From positions 15,810,001 through 15,874,000 of the forward strand of contig JAQFVV010000008.1 of NCBI GenBank assembly GCA_028023455.1: a DNA stretch of 64,000 nt, given 5' to 3'. The notes beneath the pieces were generated by a model. That model searched no databases. It saw only the letters and a list, made by a program, of their open reading frames with translations, and was not told the origin of the DNA. The translations under genes were made by a program, and so were the position numbers. This document shows positions 39,141 through 51,500 of this stretch, one piece after another (the stretch's first letter is position 1; each line of letters starts with the position of its first letter). The DNA is from Epiperipatus broadwayi. Taxonomy: Eukaryota; Animalia; Onychophora.

Positions 39141-40469
39141 CAACTGTTAGGGTTATTTAACTAAAAATGACATGCAAATAAAATGACATCCAATGTAAAT
39201 TTGATATCAAAATCTTTTATATTATTGTAATAAGCATTTATTTTATATAGTGCATTTTGAAAGGCTGATCTTTAATGTATTACTGTAATAGTAAATTTCT
39301 TTTCTAATCAGAAAAAGGTGTTATTCTTTTAAATTTAAGATTATCTTTTCTAAGTCTATATTTTTTGGCTAAATTTAATACAAAATTAGACAAAATAGGA
39401 TTTAGCCTTTTATATTACTTTATAGATCACTATTCAGCTATTTCACAATATGAAATAGATTTAAATACCATGTCTTTATTTTAGATTTAAATTATAATAT
39501 ATAAGTAAAGTATATAAAAAAATAACCTAGCTTGAGCTCATTGTACTTCTTATCCAATCTGTGGTGAATGAAGATCCAAGGATGATTATAGGTAACAGAA
39601 TTTTTATAAAATTCAACCAATGTTTTCAAAATAGGTAGCTTTTCTGACAAACCAGAGGTTGTCAAAGTTTGAATGAACAGTAAAAATATCATTACAGTTA
39701 AATATTGTGTCAGACCATGTATAACGGCCATGCACAAAATGGCTGTTGCTGAAGATTCAGCACAGCTAATTTTTATCGTATCAAAATTATGTAATTTTAA
39801 TAGATCAAATAAATCATAATTTAGATACATATTGGAAGTATTTATATATGGTACATAAATGAATGGGTTTGGTCTATACTATATTCCTATTTACATCCAT
39901 AGTATAGTGTATGTATTATATTAATAAATTTTATTCGCACAGCAAAACTATATAAAAAGAAAAACAGCTTGTAATAACATTTGTTTACATGTGGAACACT
40001 TTTTTGTTCCGACACACGTATATATAAATGTTTTTTTTTTTTCTGTTATTTCTAAAAAATTGTTTAAATAGAATTTAAATCTTCTATTTATTATAATGAG
40101 ATTTTTTTGTTAATTAATACTGATTTATAAAGGAAAAAACTTTTTGTAAATTGTAATTTACTTTTAGCAAAAAAATGTTTTGTATTAAAAGAAATTTGTT
40201 CTTTTTGATCGTTTGTAAAAATAAAATCAAAAAGTTGATTTTATCTAAAGAATGAAAGCATAACGGGTGATTTATTTAGCCAAGATGGAAACTATATAAT
40301 TTCCAATATTAGTAAAAGGTATACTTTGATACACAAAAAGTAAAAGAATGTATGTAAAGTATATAAAAATTAAAATTAAATTATTGGCTGATGCAATAGC
40401 TCGTAGGGGGTATTAAAATTAGATTGATAAGAAAATCATATGTGCTACCTACTAGGTGCATAGAGTTTA

Positions 40470-40820
40470 ATTGCTTTTTGCTGGTCCCAGGAATTGAACT
40501 GTATATGTTTGCTGAGAAAAAAAAAGTTTGTCTCCAGCCTGTCCAAGTAAGGAGATGGTAGATGTTTGCTAAAAATAGTAAGTTGCTTTTTGCTTGTCCC
40601 AGGAATCGGACTGTATATATTTGCTGAGAAAAGAAAAGTTTGTCTCCAGCCTGTCCAAGTAAGAAAATTGAGATGTTTGCTGAAAATAAAGTTGTCTCCA
40701 GCTTGTCCAAGTAATTGGATGATATATGTTTGCTGAAAATAATAGTTGTTGCCAGCTTGACCAAGTAATCAGATGGTAGATGTATGCTGAGAATAAGAGT
40801 TTCCTCCAGCTTATCTAAAG
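40470..40820. repeat. ~55-bp tandem repeat x6-7 with a 112-bp dimeric higher order
   Basis: TTTGCTGA anchors at 40508, 40565, 40620, 40676, 40729 and 40783. Confidence 0.85.
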
Positions 40821-40889
40821 AGCAGAAAGAAAAAAGAAATGAGATTCGAAACTAACCATTCGGATATGGTAGTACTGTTAAATAAATAT

Positions 40890-41230
40890 TAGAAAAGCTA
40901 TTGAAAGTATGAATCATCTCTCCGTTAAAAATCATATTAGAAACTTTAAGTCTTATTTAACAACTTGCTAGGCGTAATTTCCAATCCTAAGAAATTATAA
41001 GTAAAGCCGATTTTTCTACGGGAAAATCGATGTGAAAAAAAAAATATCTACATGAAAATTATAACCACAGACCTTAGAACAAATACTAGAGCGAGATGGC
41101 CTTAATGTTTGCTAAATTCTACCAGAAAATCATGGAGTAGACTTCTAGCAGCAGTACACCGCCCATTCATCCCTGAAGTCCGAAAATGCTGTAGGAAAAG
41201 CAGCATACCCTGATGGAAGAAAGACTCTAA
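40890..41230 (+). mobile_element. Jockey-like LINE 3' remnant
   Basis: LSVKNHIRNFKSYL resembles LSLxNKLxIYKxxI; also AKFYQKI. Confidence 0.3.
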
Positions 41231-42149
41231 CACATATATTGGTGAAAGTTTATTCACCCTAGTTAGTACCCGTATGGTCCACTTTGAAGTCGAACTTAAT
41301 GGAATTCAGAAGAATGAGTGTATATTTTCTTATAATATTAATTCTGTGTTTCTTTTATATATAATTAATTTGTTCTCACTTACTTATGTATTATTAATAT
41401 TAACCCTTTTATTTAATTTTTGTAATATGCATAATATTTGTTGGTATTTACATGCATGTCTGACCTAAATCCGCCAAGCGCAGAATTATTTTTTTATTTC
41501 CTAATCTTTAAACTACTACGGTGACACCTCATGCTGGGTGTCCGATGACCATATTCATTAAGCATCATTTTATGCATCCAAAGTAGATGTAGATGTTTAG
41601 TATATATAAATATAATTGAGTACGAAAATATTGATGTGTTTATAATGTCAATACTTATAAACTTTGGGAATAGCCGTTAGACATGCGTGTAAAACATCAG
41701 ATTATATTTCTTGTTGAATACATTTGTTATATACACTTGATTTTTTAATTTATAACTTTAAAGTGAGAAAGGGGGTATAGATCACAACCATTATGTGATC
41801 ATTTAAAAAAATTTTTTTTTATATATGTGCATTTATTTTCTGTAAATAAATATTTAATTTAATCAAGCAACTTCTCATTAATATTATATTTTTCATTATT
41901 TGAAATATTAATTAGATTAAATTATTATTTTTTATATGTAATTGGTGGAGGGTGATAAGACAAAAAAAAAGGGGGGGGGAATAATAAATAGTAGATTTCA
42001 CTTTTAAATCGTTTGCCGTTTCACTTAATTAGTTTGATAAATTATTTGTTCGTTAGTATATAACTATAATTATTTAATCATTACTGATCCACTTATTAAC
42101 CTGAGATAGAAAAAAAGAAATCATATAATGAGCTAGACAGGGATAACTT

Positions 42150-42590
42150 ACTGGAGAGTTGGATTATTTCATTATTCATGTCCGAACTATTTATTAAGAT
42201 AAATGACAGTGATCATTCATATTTTGCACACTCTCTCGTGGAAAGAAAAAGGAGAATAAACAATAATAAAGTTCTTGAGCAAGGGTGGCGCAAGAGGCTA
42301 AATTAGAATATTTCAGTATTTTTAAAGGTGTGCAAAATCCAAAAGTGATCAACGTTTAGTTAATCGGCCGATTGTGGGATAATTTAAAAAGGAAGGCTTC
42401 GATTTACCTAATTTTAGGCTGAATCTACTTCCTCTAATAATTATTTTGAGATATGTTCTTCATATTTAACCAACAATATTTTCAGGGAATTATTATCGAT
42501 TTTTCATTCAGCAACATACGTCACTTTATGCTCTGTGCGTATGGAGGTCAAAGATAGATAATACCTGGGTGGAAAAATCGGACCGGTACA
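42150..42590 (+). mobile_element. Possible Tc1-like remnant
   Basis: LWDNLKR-like motif (~42375) and a terminal-like CCGGTACA (~42583). Confidence 0.25.
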
Positions 42591-42769
42591 ATATGAACAA
42601 ATAAATATTCACTTTTTTCTTTTTGGCAAAAATTGAGAATTATGCATGTCAATATTAATATAATTCAAAATGTCTATAAAAGTAAATAAGTATATTTTGT
42701 TTGTTTCTTTCAAAATATTACTGAATATTGATCATTAATGTAAATGCATACCCACAGCATGACAAAGCA

Positions 42770-42957
42770 TCATATGATCAACCATTTCTTATGCTTCCAC
42801 AAACTGTTAAAACAGTATCAATTCTTTCAATAGAGTAGTGCCAACCAATGTCAGTTAGAAACTAATCTGGGGATATTAGATGAGTAACACTAGATAGAGA
42901 TTTTGAGCACAAACCTTCTAGCATCCATTAATTACTGTGGCTTGCACTGTGTGGCAC
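42770..42957. mobile_element. Rep-A fragment (short forward piece plus inverted piece)
   Basis: CATATGATCAACCATTTCTTATGC...AAAACAG, then the inverted GAAACTAATCTGGGGATATTAG...GGCTTGCACTGTGTGGCA. No TSD found. Confidence 0.75.
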
Positions 42958-43314
42958 ATAAATAAAAACTTTATCAAATTTATTTTTTTGTTAAAATGGA
43001 AAAAAATAAATTAAATTTCATAAACTAATGAAATAGCATTATATTTTAGATGATTATTTGTTTATTAGTATGGAGAAAGCACATATTAATCACAGATAAC
43101 TGGTAAAATCTGTCCATTATATAATTAATAAATAAATAAGTAATAATATAAAAGACAGTCCACTATCTTAAATAATATTTTTTATAAATAATTCTTTCTG
43201 TTTCTAGAAATATTGAGCATAATTATTAGTACATTGATTCCTATCATGAATTTCTCTACAGCACTTTATTATTTGCCTCTCTTTGTATGAAATACAAAAT
43301 TCAAAACTTTTTAA

Positions 43315-44148
43315 TGAATTATATTTTTGTAGTGTTATTTTCACTATACCACTCTTGTGCAAAACAGGAACTGGTTTCTATCCACTTTTAACACCTTTTG
43401 GATGCATGCAATGTGAACAAAGACATGTGAAAAAGATATATGATCCCCAAAATAGACACTTCATACTGAACCAGCATCACATTCTCTTACATATATCTTA
43501 GTATCACTATTCACTATATATAAAGGGGGAATTACTACAGTTTAATTGATAAATGCCAAACTTACTGCCCTCACCATTTTACTAAAAACCACTTGATGGA
43601 AATATATTATTAATTTTTATTAATCATTCATTAGACTACAGATTATCCATTTAAGGAATATTTCTGTAGTGTTATTTTCATTACAACACTCTTACAGAAG
43701 GGGACTGGTGTAGTGAAAATAATACTACAAAAATATTATTCATTAAATGGATAATCTCTAGTCTGACGAATAAAAATTAATAATATATTTCCATCAAGTG
43801 GTTTGTGTCAAAATTGTGAGGGCAGTAAGTTTGACACTTGTCAATTAAACTGTGGTGATTCCCCATCTATATATAGGGAACAATGATAAAGATATATCTA
43901 AAACACTATTTATCTGGACCAAACAGATGAATGCTGGTTCAGCACGAAATGTGCATCTTGGGGATCATATATTTTTTTCATAAGTCTTTGTTCATATGTT
44001 TGATTACATCTAACAATAAGGTGTTAAAAGTGGATAGAAACCAGTGCCTTGCGTAAGAGTGGTGTGGTGAAAATAACACTCCAGAAATATTATTCATTAA
44101 ATGGATAATCTCTAGTCTAATGAATGACTAATAAAAATTAATAACACT
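43315..44148. mobile_element. Rep-B palindromic insertion (second family, ~340-355-bp monomer)
   Basis: About 1.15 monomers forward, inversion at ~43708, then about 1.25 monomers inverted. 11-bp TSD AAACTTTTTAA (43304-43314, 44149-44159). No evident homology to Rep-A. Confidence 0.85.
43919..43963 (+). ncRNA. Degenerate hammerhead-like motif in Rep-B
   Basis: CCAAA CAGATGA A TGCTG GTT CAGCA C GAAA TGTGCA TC TTGGGG: one core change (CTGA to CAGA) and a perfect 5-bp stem II. Confidence 0.5.
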
Positions 44149-45227
44149 AAACTTTTTAAATATTATTTTTTTTTACAAAAATCTAAAATTAAATGAATAT
44201 ATGAATACTATATTAAATTTTGTATTCATATACAATTTAAACATACTTTTATGCTTTGTAGTTGAATATATATGTATAAAACATTATTTCTAATCCACAA
44301 ATAAGAACACAGGTTCTTTTTTAAAAAAAATTCATTACTTCTCCTGCTACAGATTTGTTGCATGTAATTTTTTTCTTATGACTATAATGCTTACAAATAT
44401 AAAAAAAAAATGATTTGGATTTATTTGTTCATACAATTATTAGAGAGAAGCAAATAAATGTTTAAGAACATTAATGACTCAGCTTACCTAAAAAGAATTA
44501 GAATGATTTGTTAATCATATATTTGTCATATATGATTACCACAGATTATATAATTAATTATATAACCTAAAAAATAATCAAGATGAAAAAAAAAAAGTCA
44601 ATGACAAGTATTATAAAGGTTTATAAACAAAGCCTACTAATACTTTCTTAAATGTAAATTTAAAATAAAAAATGCTAAAAATTATGTTTGAGTGAGACTT
44701 GTATAAATTTTTAAACATTTAATGTAAATTGGATTGCTATTATCCAGTCATTTAAACAGTTTTAAATTCTGATAATCTGATAACAAGCAATCAAAATCAG
44801 ACTAATTTGCAGAGGTTTCTTAGTCCAAAAACATTGTCTTCTCTTCCACTATTCATCTGCGAAAAAATACTTGAGATGATTTTACCTTGTAGTAGGCTAT
44901 TTAAACATACAATTAAATATAAACTGTGACTAAAACATTTATTTACTGTAATCTGTATTTTAGCAAAAAATTTTTTTTACTATTTTCAATAAAAAACACT
45001 AATAATAAGTGAACTTCCATAGCCTTTCATTCCTTTTTACAATCCTTATATTAAATAAATCTCAAAAAATCCATTTCTTTGTACTCTTCAATAATTTTTA
45101 TTCAATTCAATCAATAAATAAGAAATAATACAAAGTAATTGTATTTTAAGCTCTGGAAAAAATTATTACAGCTGAAACAGTCAGATAATTGTGAAAAGAA
45201 AAAGGAGATTTTTTTAAGTTAACTTAC

Positions 45228-45323
45228 GTTTTAATGAACCATAGTATCCATTCACAATAATATCTACATTTTCCTTTGTAATATCTCCACGTTTAAATTG
45301 TAATTTAGCAGGAAGTCTGGATT
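45228..45323 (-). CDS. 96-nt exon encoding a macrodomain N-terminal-like segment (SRLPAKLQFKRGDITKENVDIIVNGYYGSLK)
   Basis: Acceptor ttttatatttAG and donor GTAAGT, phase 1-1 and open. GDIT-x3-VDIIVN matches the macrodomain beta1-beta2 signature. Confidence 0.6.
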
Positions 45324-45628
45324 CTAAATATAAAAAAAAAAAAAATTTAAATCTTGTAAACACTATAAATGATTATTTAAAAAAATGTTTTGACAGAATC
45401 ATACAAATAGGAAAACATTCAATTAAATTTATGCGTCAGATTAAATAAATCTCAAAAATCCAATTCTTCTTTGCTCTTTTCAATATTTTTATTCAATTCA
45501 ATCAATCAATAAATAAGCAATATTATAAAGCAGAAAAGACTGCTAGACCTTTGAAACAGTGAGATAATTGAATTAAATAAAAATTATTGTGAAAAGACAA
45601 AGGAGGAGATTTTTTAAAGTTAACTTAC

Positions 45629-45724
45629 GTTTTAATAAACTATAATACCTATCCCCCAAAACATCTACATTTTCCTCTGTAATATCTTCATCATTAAATT
45701 TTAACTCAGCAAAATCTTTGAATT
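45629..45724 (-). CDS. Paralogous 96-nt exon (FKDFAELKFNDEDITEENVDVLGDRYYSLLK)
   Basis: Part of a ~400-bp tandem duplication that includes intron flanks. Same splice sites and phase, open frame. Confidence 0.5.
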
Positions 45725-48489
45725 CTAAATATAGAAAAGAAACATTTAAAAATCTTGTAAATATTATGTTTATTTAAAAAATGCTTTGACTGAATCATCC
45801 ATATTCTATAGCTTTGTTTCCTTAAACAAATAGGAAAACATGCTCTCAATTATAATTAGGCATAAGATTATAATTGAAAAGTGACTCTCAGACAGGTGTA
45901 TTCAATGGATCGTAGATGAAAATTCTTGATACTAACTCACACCATTGTTATGTTTTAAAGTATTAAAATTAATATTTAGATGTTTTTGTATATTTTTGTG
46001 TTTGTTTTGTTAACTATGTTTATCATAATTATATTATTTTTATCTCAAGAGAACATATAATTTTAATCTAAAAAAAATAGTCATTCAACTCACATTACAT
46101 AAAATATTGGAGTACAAAGATTTATATTTCATCACAAAGATAGACCCACACTTTTTTCCCCACAATGAACCAGCACTTTTCCTTATTTCACCTTCCAGTT
46201 CAAAGATCATTTCTTTCAATGCCATTTTTCATTTCTTGGTAGGCTGTTGAGAATTGATCTCCTTCATCAGCTGTCATCTTTCAGATTATGTATTTAACTT
46301 TTGGCATTTAACAAATTCTTAAGCTATGTAAATATATTTTAAAATTTCTACCTTGAATGAAAGTATCCATTTATTAAAGTTTTTCAAATCTATATACTGC
46401 ATATAGAATTATTCCACACTAGTTAAATTTTTCCACTTTAATATTAGTAAAACAACTGGCCTCTTAATTCAATGAACTTTACCAGCATTAAAGCTATTAA
46501 GAATTATCATATCTTATCCAATATTCTTATTGTAAACAAAATAAAATAGACATCCTTCTAAATGCCACTAGAACCTCTTCACATCCATTTTTGATCAATA
46601 TATTTCCTGAAAAAAAAAAAAATTAAAATAAACAAATGATTACTTTTTTGTTAATTCAGTTTCCTTCTGATTTCTATTTCAAAACCAGATACTTGTACAA
46701 GATTCATTAACAAGACAAACTTCAATTTTTGCATTAAAATCTCATATCAATGCTTTAAAATAGGAATTACTACTATCAAAGTAATTTTTGAATATTCTCA
46801 TAAAATTATCATTTTCTTCAATTAAATGATTGAAATATAAAGAATAAGTTTGTATAATTTATAGATTGTATTAACTATGAGATATTAACAAACAAAAACA
46901 TCTAAGCTACCAGGAAGTTTCATAAGTCCGTAATAATATTTATCTGTATTTATTTTCAATCATAGATTATTTTTTTTATAAAACATATTTAGTTTTCAAT
47001 TCTATTTTTTTATTGAACTGCATCTAACTACATATCTGTTAAGTTTCTTTAATTCTGTTATGTCTTGCTCAAATCTGGGCTGTGAAACTTGGAAATTTTT
47101 TTAGAATCAGTTTAGGACTTTTCTTTCAGATAAGTAATCCACAGCCAATCCAATTAGCCATCTAATTTTTAATCAATAAATAAATGTTAAGCTATTCTTA
47201 TGTAAAAAGAATAAAAGATAACTTTTAATTCTTACCACTTAACTAGCCAGGTAAGTAATATTTTTGGATAATTGTTGGAATGGTCTTTTCCTGTAGATGA
47301 AAATATTTAAAATATCTTTTATCTTACCTATCTATATATAAGTAGAATTTTTACAAATGAATAGAACATATTTCATCATCATATATATTGATTTTACTTG
47401 AGCAGTTTATAGGGTGACCACAAATTGAAGGAGTTGGAAATGAAAGATAAAAAAAAAGTCAGCTAATGAAAAAGAAAAGTTCATTGCTAAGTTAGAAATA
47501 TTACAAATTTTAAATGATTTGATCACATGCAACAGGCACAAATTTTTGGATGAAAATGTGTATATGAAGATCATTTTTAAATATTTTGGTATTTATTTAT
47601 TTTTTCTTTTCTAATATTATTTGGTAAACATAACTAACTTGGTTTATATATTTTATTGTTTCACTGTTTAATTTAAATCAAAAGATTGCTTCCATTTTCT
47701 TATGAAAATAAATAATAGATAGGATATACTCTAGAAATAGCAAATGATTTCAACAGATAATTTTAAATAAATAAAAATAACTCTTTCACCTTATATTCTT
47801 TATTAAAAGTGGTCAAAATACTTTTAAAAATAATTATAAAATGCACCAAATCTTTTAAAAACTTGTTTTTAAATTATAATTTAATTAAAATAAAATAGAG
47901 AAAAGCCACACGGCTACATTATATCAATATATTTTACTTCAATTATATACTTTTCAAGAAAAAATATAAATAAATAAATAAAAATGTAAATAAGCAAACA
48001 AAAAAAAACATTAAAATTCATAAATTTGACATAATTTACAATATGCAAGCATTTACTTTTCCATCTCTGAAACTGAACATGATCATATTTTTAAAAAATA
48101 AAATAAAATTTGTAAATAAATTTTATAATAGGCCTGCAGCTGTTTTTCCATTTCAGAATGCCATAGGTTTCTTTTTTAATATCTTCAATTTATATTGAAA
48201 GCATATCTTACATTTCATTCTTTTTTATTATCCTTTTCGAATTGGATGTACAATATTCTGCTTAATAAAATATTTTCTAGGCATAATATTAACAATTTTA
48301 CAAATACATTATTGAAAAAAAAAAAGAATATTGCCCAGAGCCTACTTATCTTATCTTTCAAAGCAACCTTTATTGTTAAAGATTACATAAAAGTTCTTCG
48401 GGTCTAATTGCCTGATGTGATTGCAAAGCATTCAATGTACAAAAAAAACCCAAACAATTATTTTTTTTTTTAAAAAAAAAAATGTCATA

Positions 48490-48572
48490 GCATCGACCAG
48501 GACGCGAACCCGCAACCCGGGCAACTGCCTGCAAGTGCAAGGCAGTCACGCTGACCTCTCGACCACCAATGC
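48490..48572 (-). ncRNA. tRNA-Gly-like Pol III element (tRNA pseudogene or SINE head)
   Basis: GCATTGG...TCGATGC acceptor stem, A box TGGTCGAGAGG, B box GGTTCGCGTCC and a 9-bp central stem, followed by TATGACA and a long T run. Confidence 0.65.
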
Positions 48573-51500
48573 AAGACAAACCAAACAAATTATTAATCTT
48601 GTTTATGAAAAGACACATTCCAGACAACAATTACGTCCACAAAAGGGTTTCTATAATCTTGCCCAATGTGTATCTATACAGAGCATACTTATTTGTGATG
48701 AAAGTCAAACATTTTCCTTATTCTTTTTAAATATAGTAGTTATTTTTTCTTCTTATTCTTATTGTTTCAGTGAATTTAATAAATGAACACACAATCAATA
48801 AAATATATATAAATGTATCACCTCAATTTATTATTAATGAGTATATTATTATTTTAAAATTTTGTTTCTATTATGATCTTAATTTATAACTGCATTCTAT
48901 ACAAATAAAAAGCATGAGTTATGTACATTATGAAAAGTAATATAGACTTGCAGTTCAATAAACAATGTGTATTCTATTCTAATCAAAGTTTTTTAACAAA
49001 ATGTGAGCTATTATATGCCGTGTATGATGTATGTGAGGGGAGCTTCAAACAAAATGCAGTGGGAGATATTATGGCTCCACTGAAAAACTAAAAAAAAAAT
49101 CTCCAGATTATTTATTAGAGATAGTGAATTAAAAATAATGTTCTAAAAAAAAAAAACAAAGATAAAAACAGGATTATTATATAAAAATACTTTAATTGAA
49201 TATAAAGATTCTTTCTATAAAACAATTTTTTTTTGTAATTAAATTTTTCATAGTATTGAATTAATTAATTCATAAATAGAACAGTTTTTTAAAAAGTAAA
49301 AAAAATAGAGTCCATTCCATGTATGAAGAAGAAATTGTTCTAAAAGTAAAAAATGCAAGATTCAAACTTCTAAATTATTCAACAAAATGATTCCATCAAT
49401 TAATATATAAAGTACAGTGAAATAATGATGGACTAGAGAAAAAAATGTTCTCCTTGGCTATGAACCTTTTCTCAAGAAAAAGGTATTTTAAATGCACATA
49501 GTCACTTCCTTTCAAACAAAATGGCCAGGCAAAGATTACAACTAAAGTATATCTACAAGCACTACCAATTGATGAAAATAGCATTTCTACCAAATGTAAG
49601 TATACTAAACATTGAAAACAATCCATGAATAATAGTAACACAAAAAAGGAAATTTTATCTGCCATAAATCAATATATATTTGCATGAAACTTTAAAAATG
49701 GTAAGAAAAAAAATCTGGATGTTCTAAATTTTTATTTCCACTGGAAGCCTTCACAATTCTTAAGTTATCTGAAATTCACAAATGTTTAAAATCTATAAAC
49801 ACTTTTAATTAAAGATAGATTTTCCAATTAATATTATTGTTTATTTATGTAATATTCACAAACATTGTTCGATTATGACTCAAATAGGTTACTAAGTTTT
49901 TTTTGGTATGTTATTTTATTAGCATATTTATATTGAAACAGTAAGATTCGTATTCGAATCTTAAGTTTCACCTTTTTCTGTCATCTCTCACTGACCGGTC
50001 TATCCCGCCCAAATTTAAACTTTTTGATATCGAATTGTGTGTGTAACAATATTAAAAATGTATAAATATATGTAGAATTCAGCATAAACACGCACACATT
50101 TCGATCTCAAATTATACGCAATAAATAGGGATAAAATAATATAATTTAGATTTATTTTAGTTATATAATTTTGTATAATTTTAATCATTTATTTTGGATT
50201 ATAAAGTTCGTATTTATTGCTTTGTTTAAATTTCATTTAATAATAATTCTAAAAATATCTGATGTAATATTTAATTAAAAGTTAAAATAATCTTATGTTC
50301 CCTTTTTGTTTTTGAAATTTAAAAGCATCGGTCAGTGATAGATAATAGATTAATTAAAGAAAAATTCCCCAAAATATAATTAGTAAATGTAAAATGTAAA
50401 CAATAGAACGGCAGCTGTCTTTAATTAAAAAAACCAACTAAATGCATTGATTATCCTCAGGGCAGATTAAATAGAACCTAAAAATATCTTAACAAAAATG
50501 TGAAAGATCAAGATAAAAAAAGAGGCCATCTTAGACTTGCTGGAGACATTCACTTAAACTTTAGCTTTGCTCTCGATCACTGAGAGTCTCCAAAAATATA
50601 AAAATAATTTGTTCCTGCCAAGGTATGACCGAGTAAAGCACCTAGATTATTCTCCACCGGGAGATGGCCTATCGGATGCTGAACTTTCCATTGCCCGTCA
50701 TAAATCCACCATGAAGATCTGTTGCCTGAAATAAATGAAAAAGCTGCTGCTGCCACGAAATTAAATGAATATCTAAATACAAGAAAGACTTGCCACTCGT
50801 GAACTTTTGCTGCTAAATTAATGGAATCAGAAAACTTCTTATAAAGCAGGTACCTGTCTGTGTTCAAACTCTAGAGTACTCTAATAATATGCTATAGCTC
50901 TTCTTCATACTACTTATCTAAATTATAAAATGTAAAAACTACCATTTGTATAACTAAATTGAATAATTAATTTAATATGTAAATTTCTCTAATAATCTAG
51001 CTTACCTCACTCTATCTGGGGTGCGTATTTCTAAAATCTACATTTTATCTATATTTATTATTTAATTATTGCATGCTCACAATTGTCTCTATTTTCAAAG
51101 TTTAAATCTATGATCGTTTAAAACAACGAATGCGTGTCATATTTTCATTAATGTGTACTTTCCTAAATAACTTAACTTTCATATAAATCGACACGCATTC
51201 AGTGCATCATTTATTGTAATGCAGGGTCTACTACTTCGCAAATGGCTGGATATTAGTTGTCATAACTCCCAGTTTATATATATTTTGTATTTATTAAATT
51301 TAATGAATAATTCTAGAAAATCCCATTTCTTTGAGAGTCGCCAGAGTTCTTGAGTAAATGTTGATAATGTAGGACCAAGTTAGAAGTCTGTTGAAATCTC
51401 ATCATAATCGTTTATACAGTATACATGTGTTACGTTTTAGAGACGCGATGATCTATTCCGCCGTAAATTTCTGGATTCTTCAGGGTTGAAATTAACCCCC

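Noticed and set aside
40381-40764. 127-aa minus-strand ORF
   Set aside because: It lies over the 55-bp tandem repeat and appears to be an artefact of stop-free repeat units.
46258-46272. Other CTGATGA hits (also 3365, 22806, 53904, 55933)
   Set aside because: They lack a correctly placed stem II-GAAA-NUH, so they are not hammerheads.
46192-46277. Longer first coding exon MTADEGDQFST... for the macro-like gene
   Set aside because: That frame stops (TGA) before the donor; only the ATG at 46225 is in frame with the macro-like exons.
49396-49665. 89-aa minus ORF
   Set aside because: More likely antisense to a decayed pogo/Tigger-like relic (KIAFLPN...); no protein support.
49950-50350. Possible promoter or first exon (CpG-enriched, TCAGT Inr-like, minus-strand donor)
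   Set aside because: Motifs are too short and common to call without transcript data.
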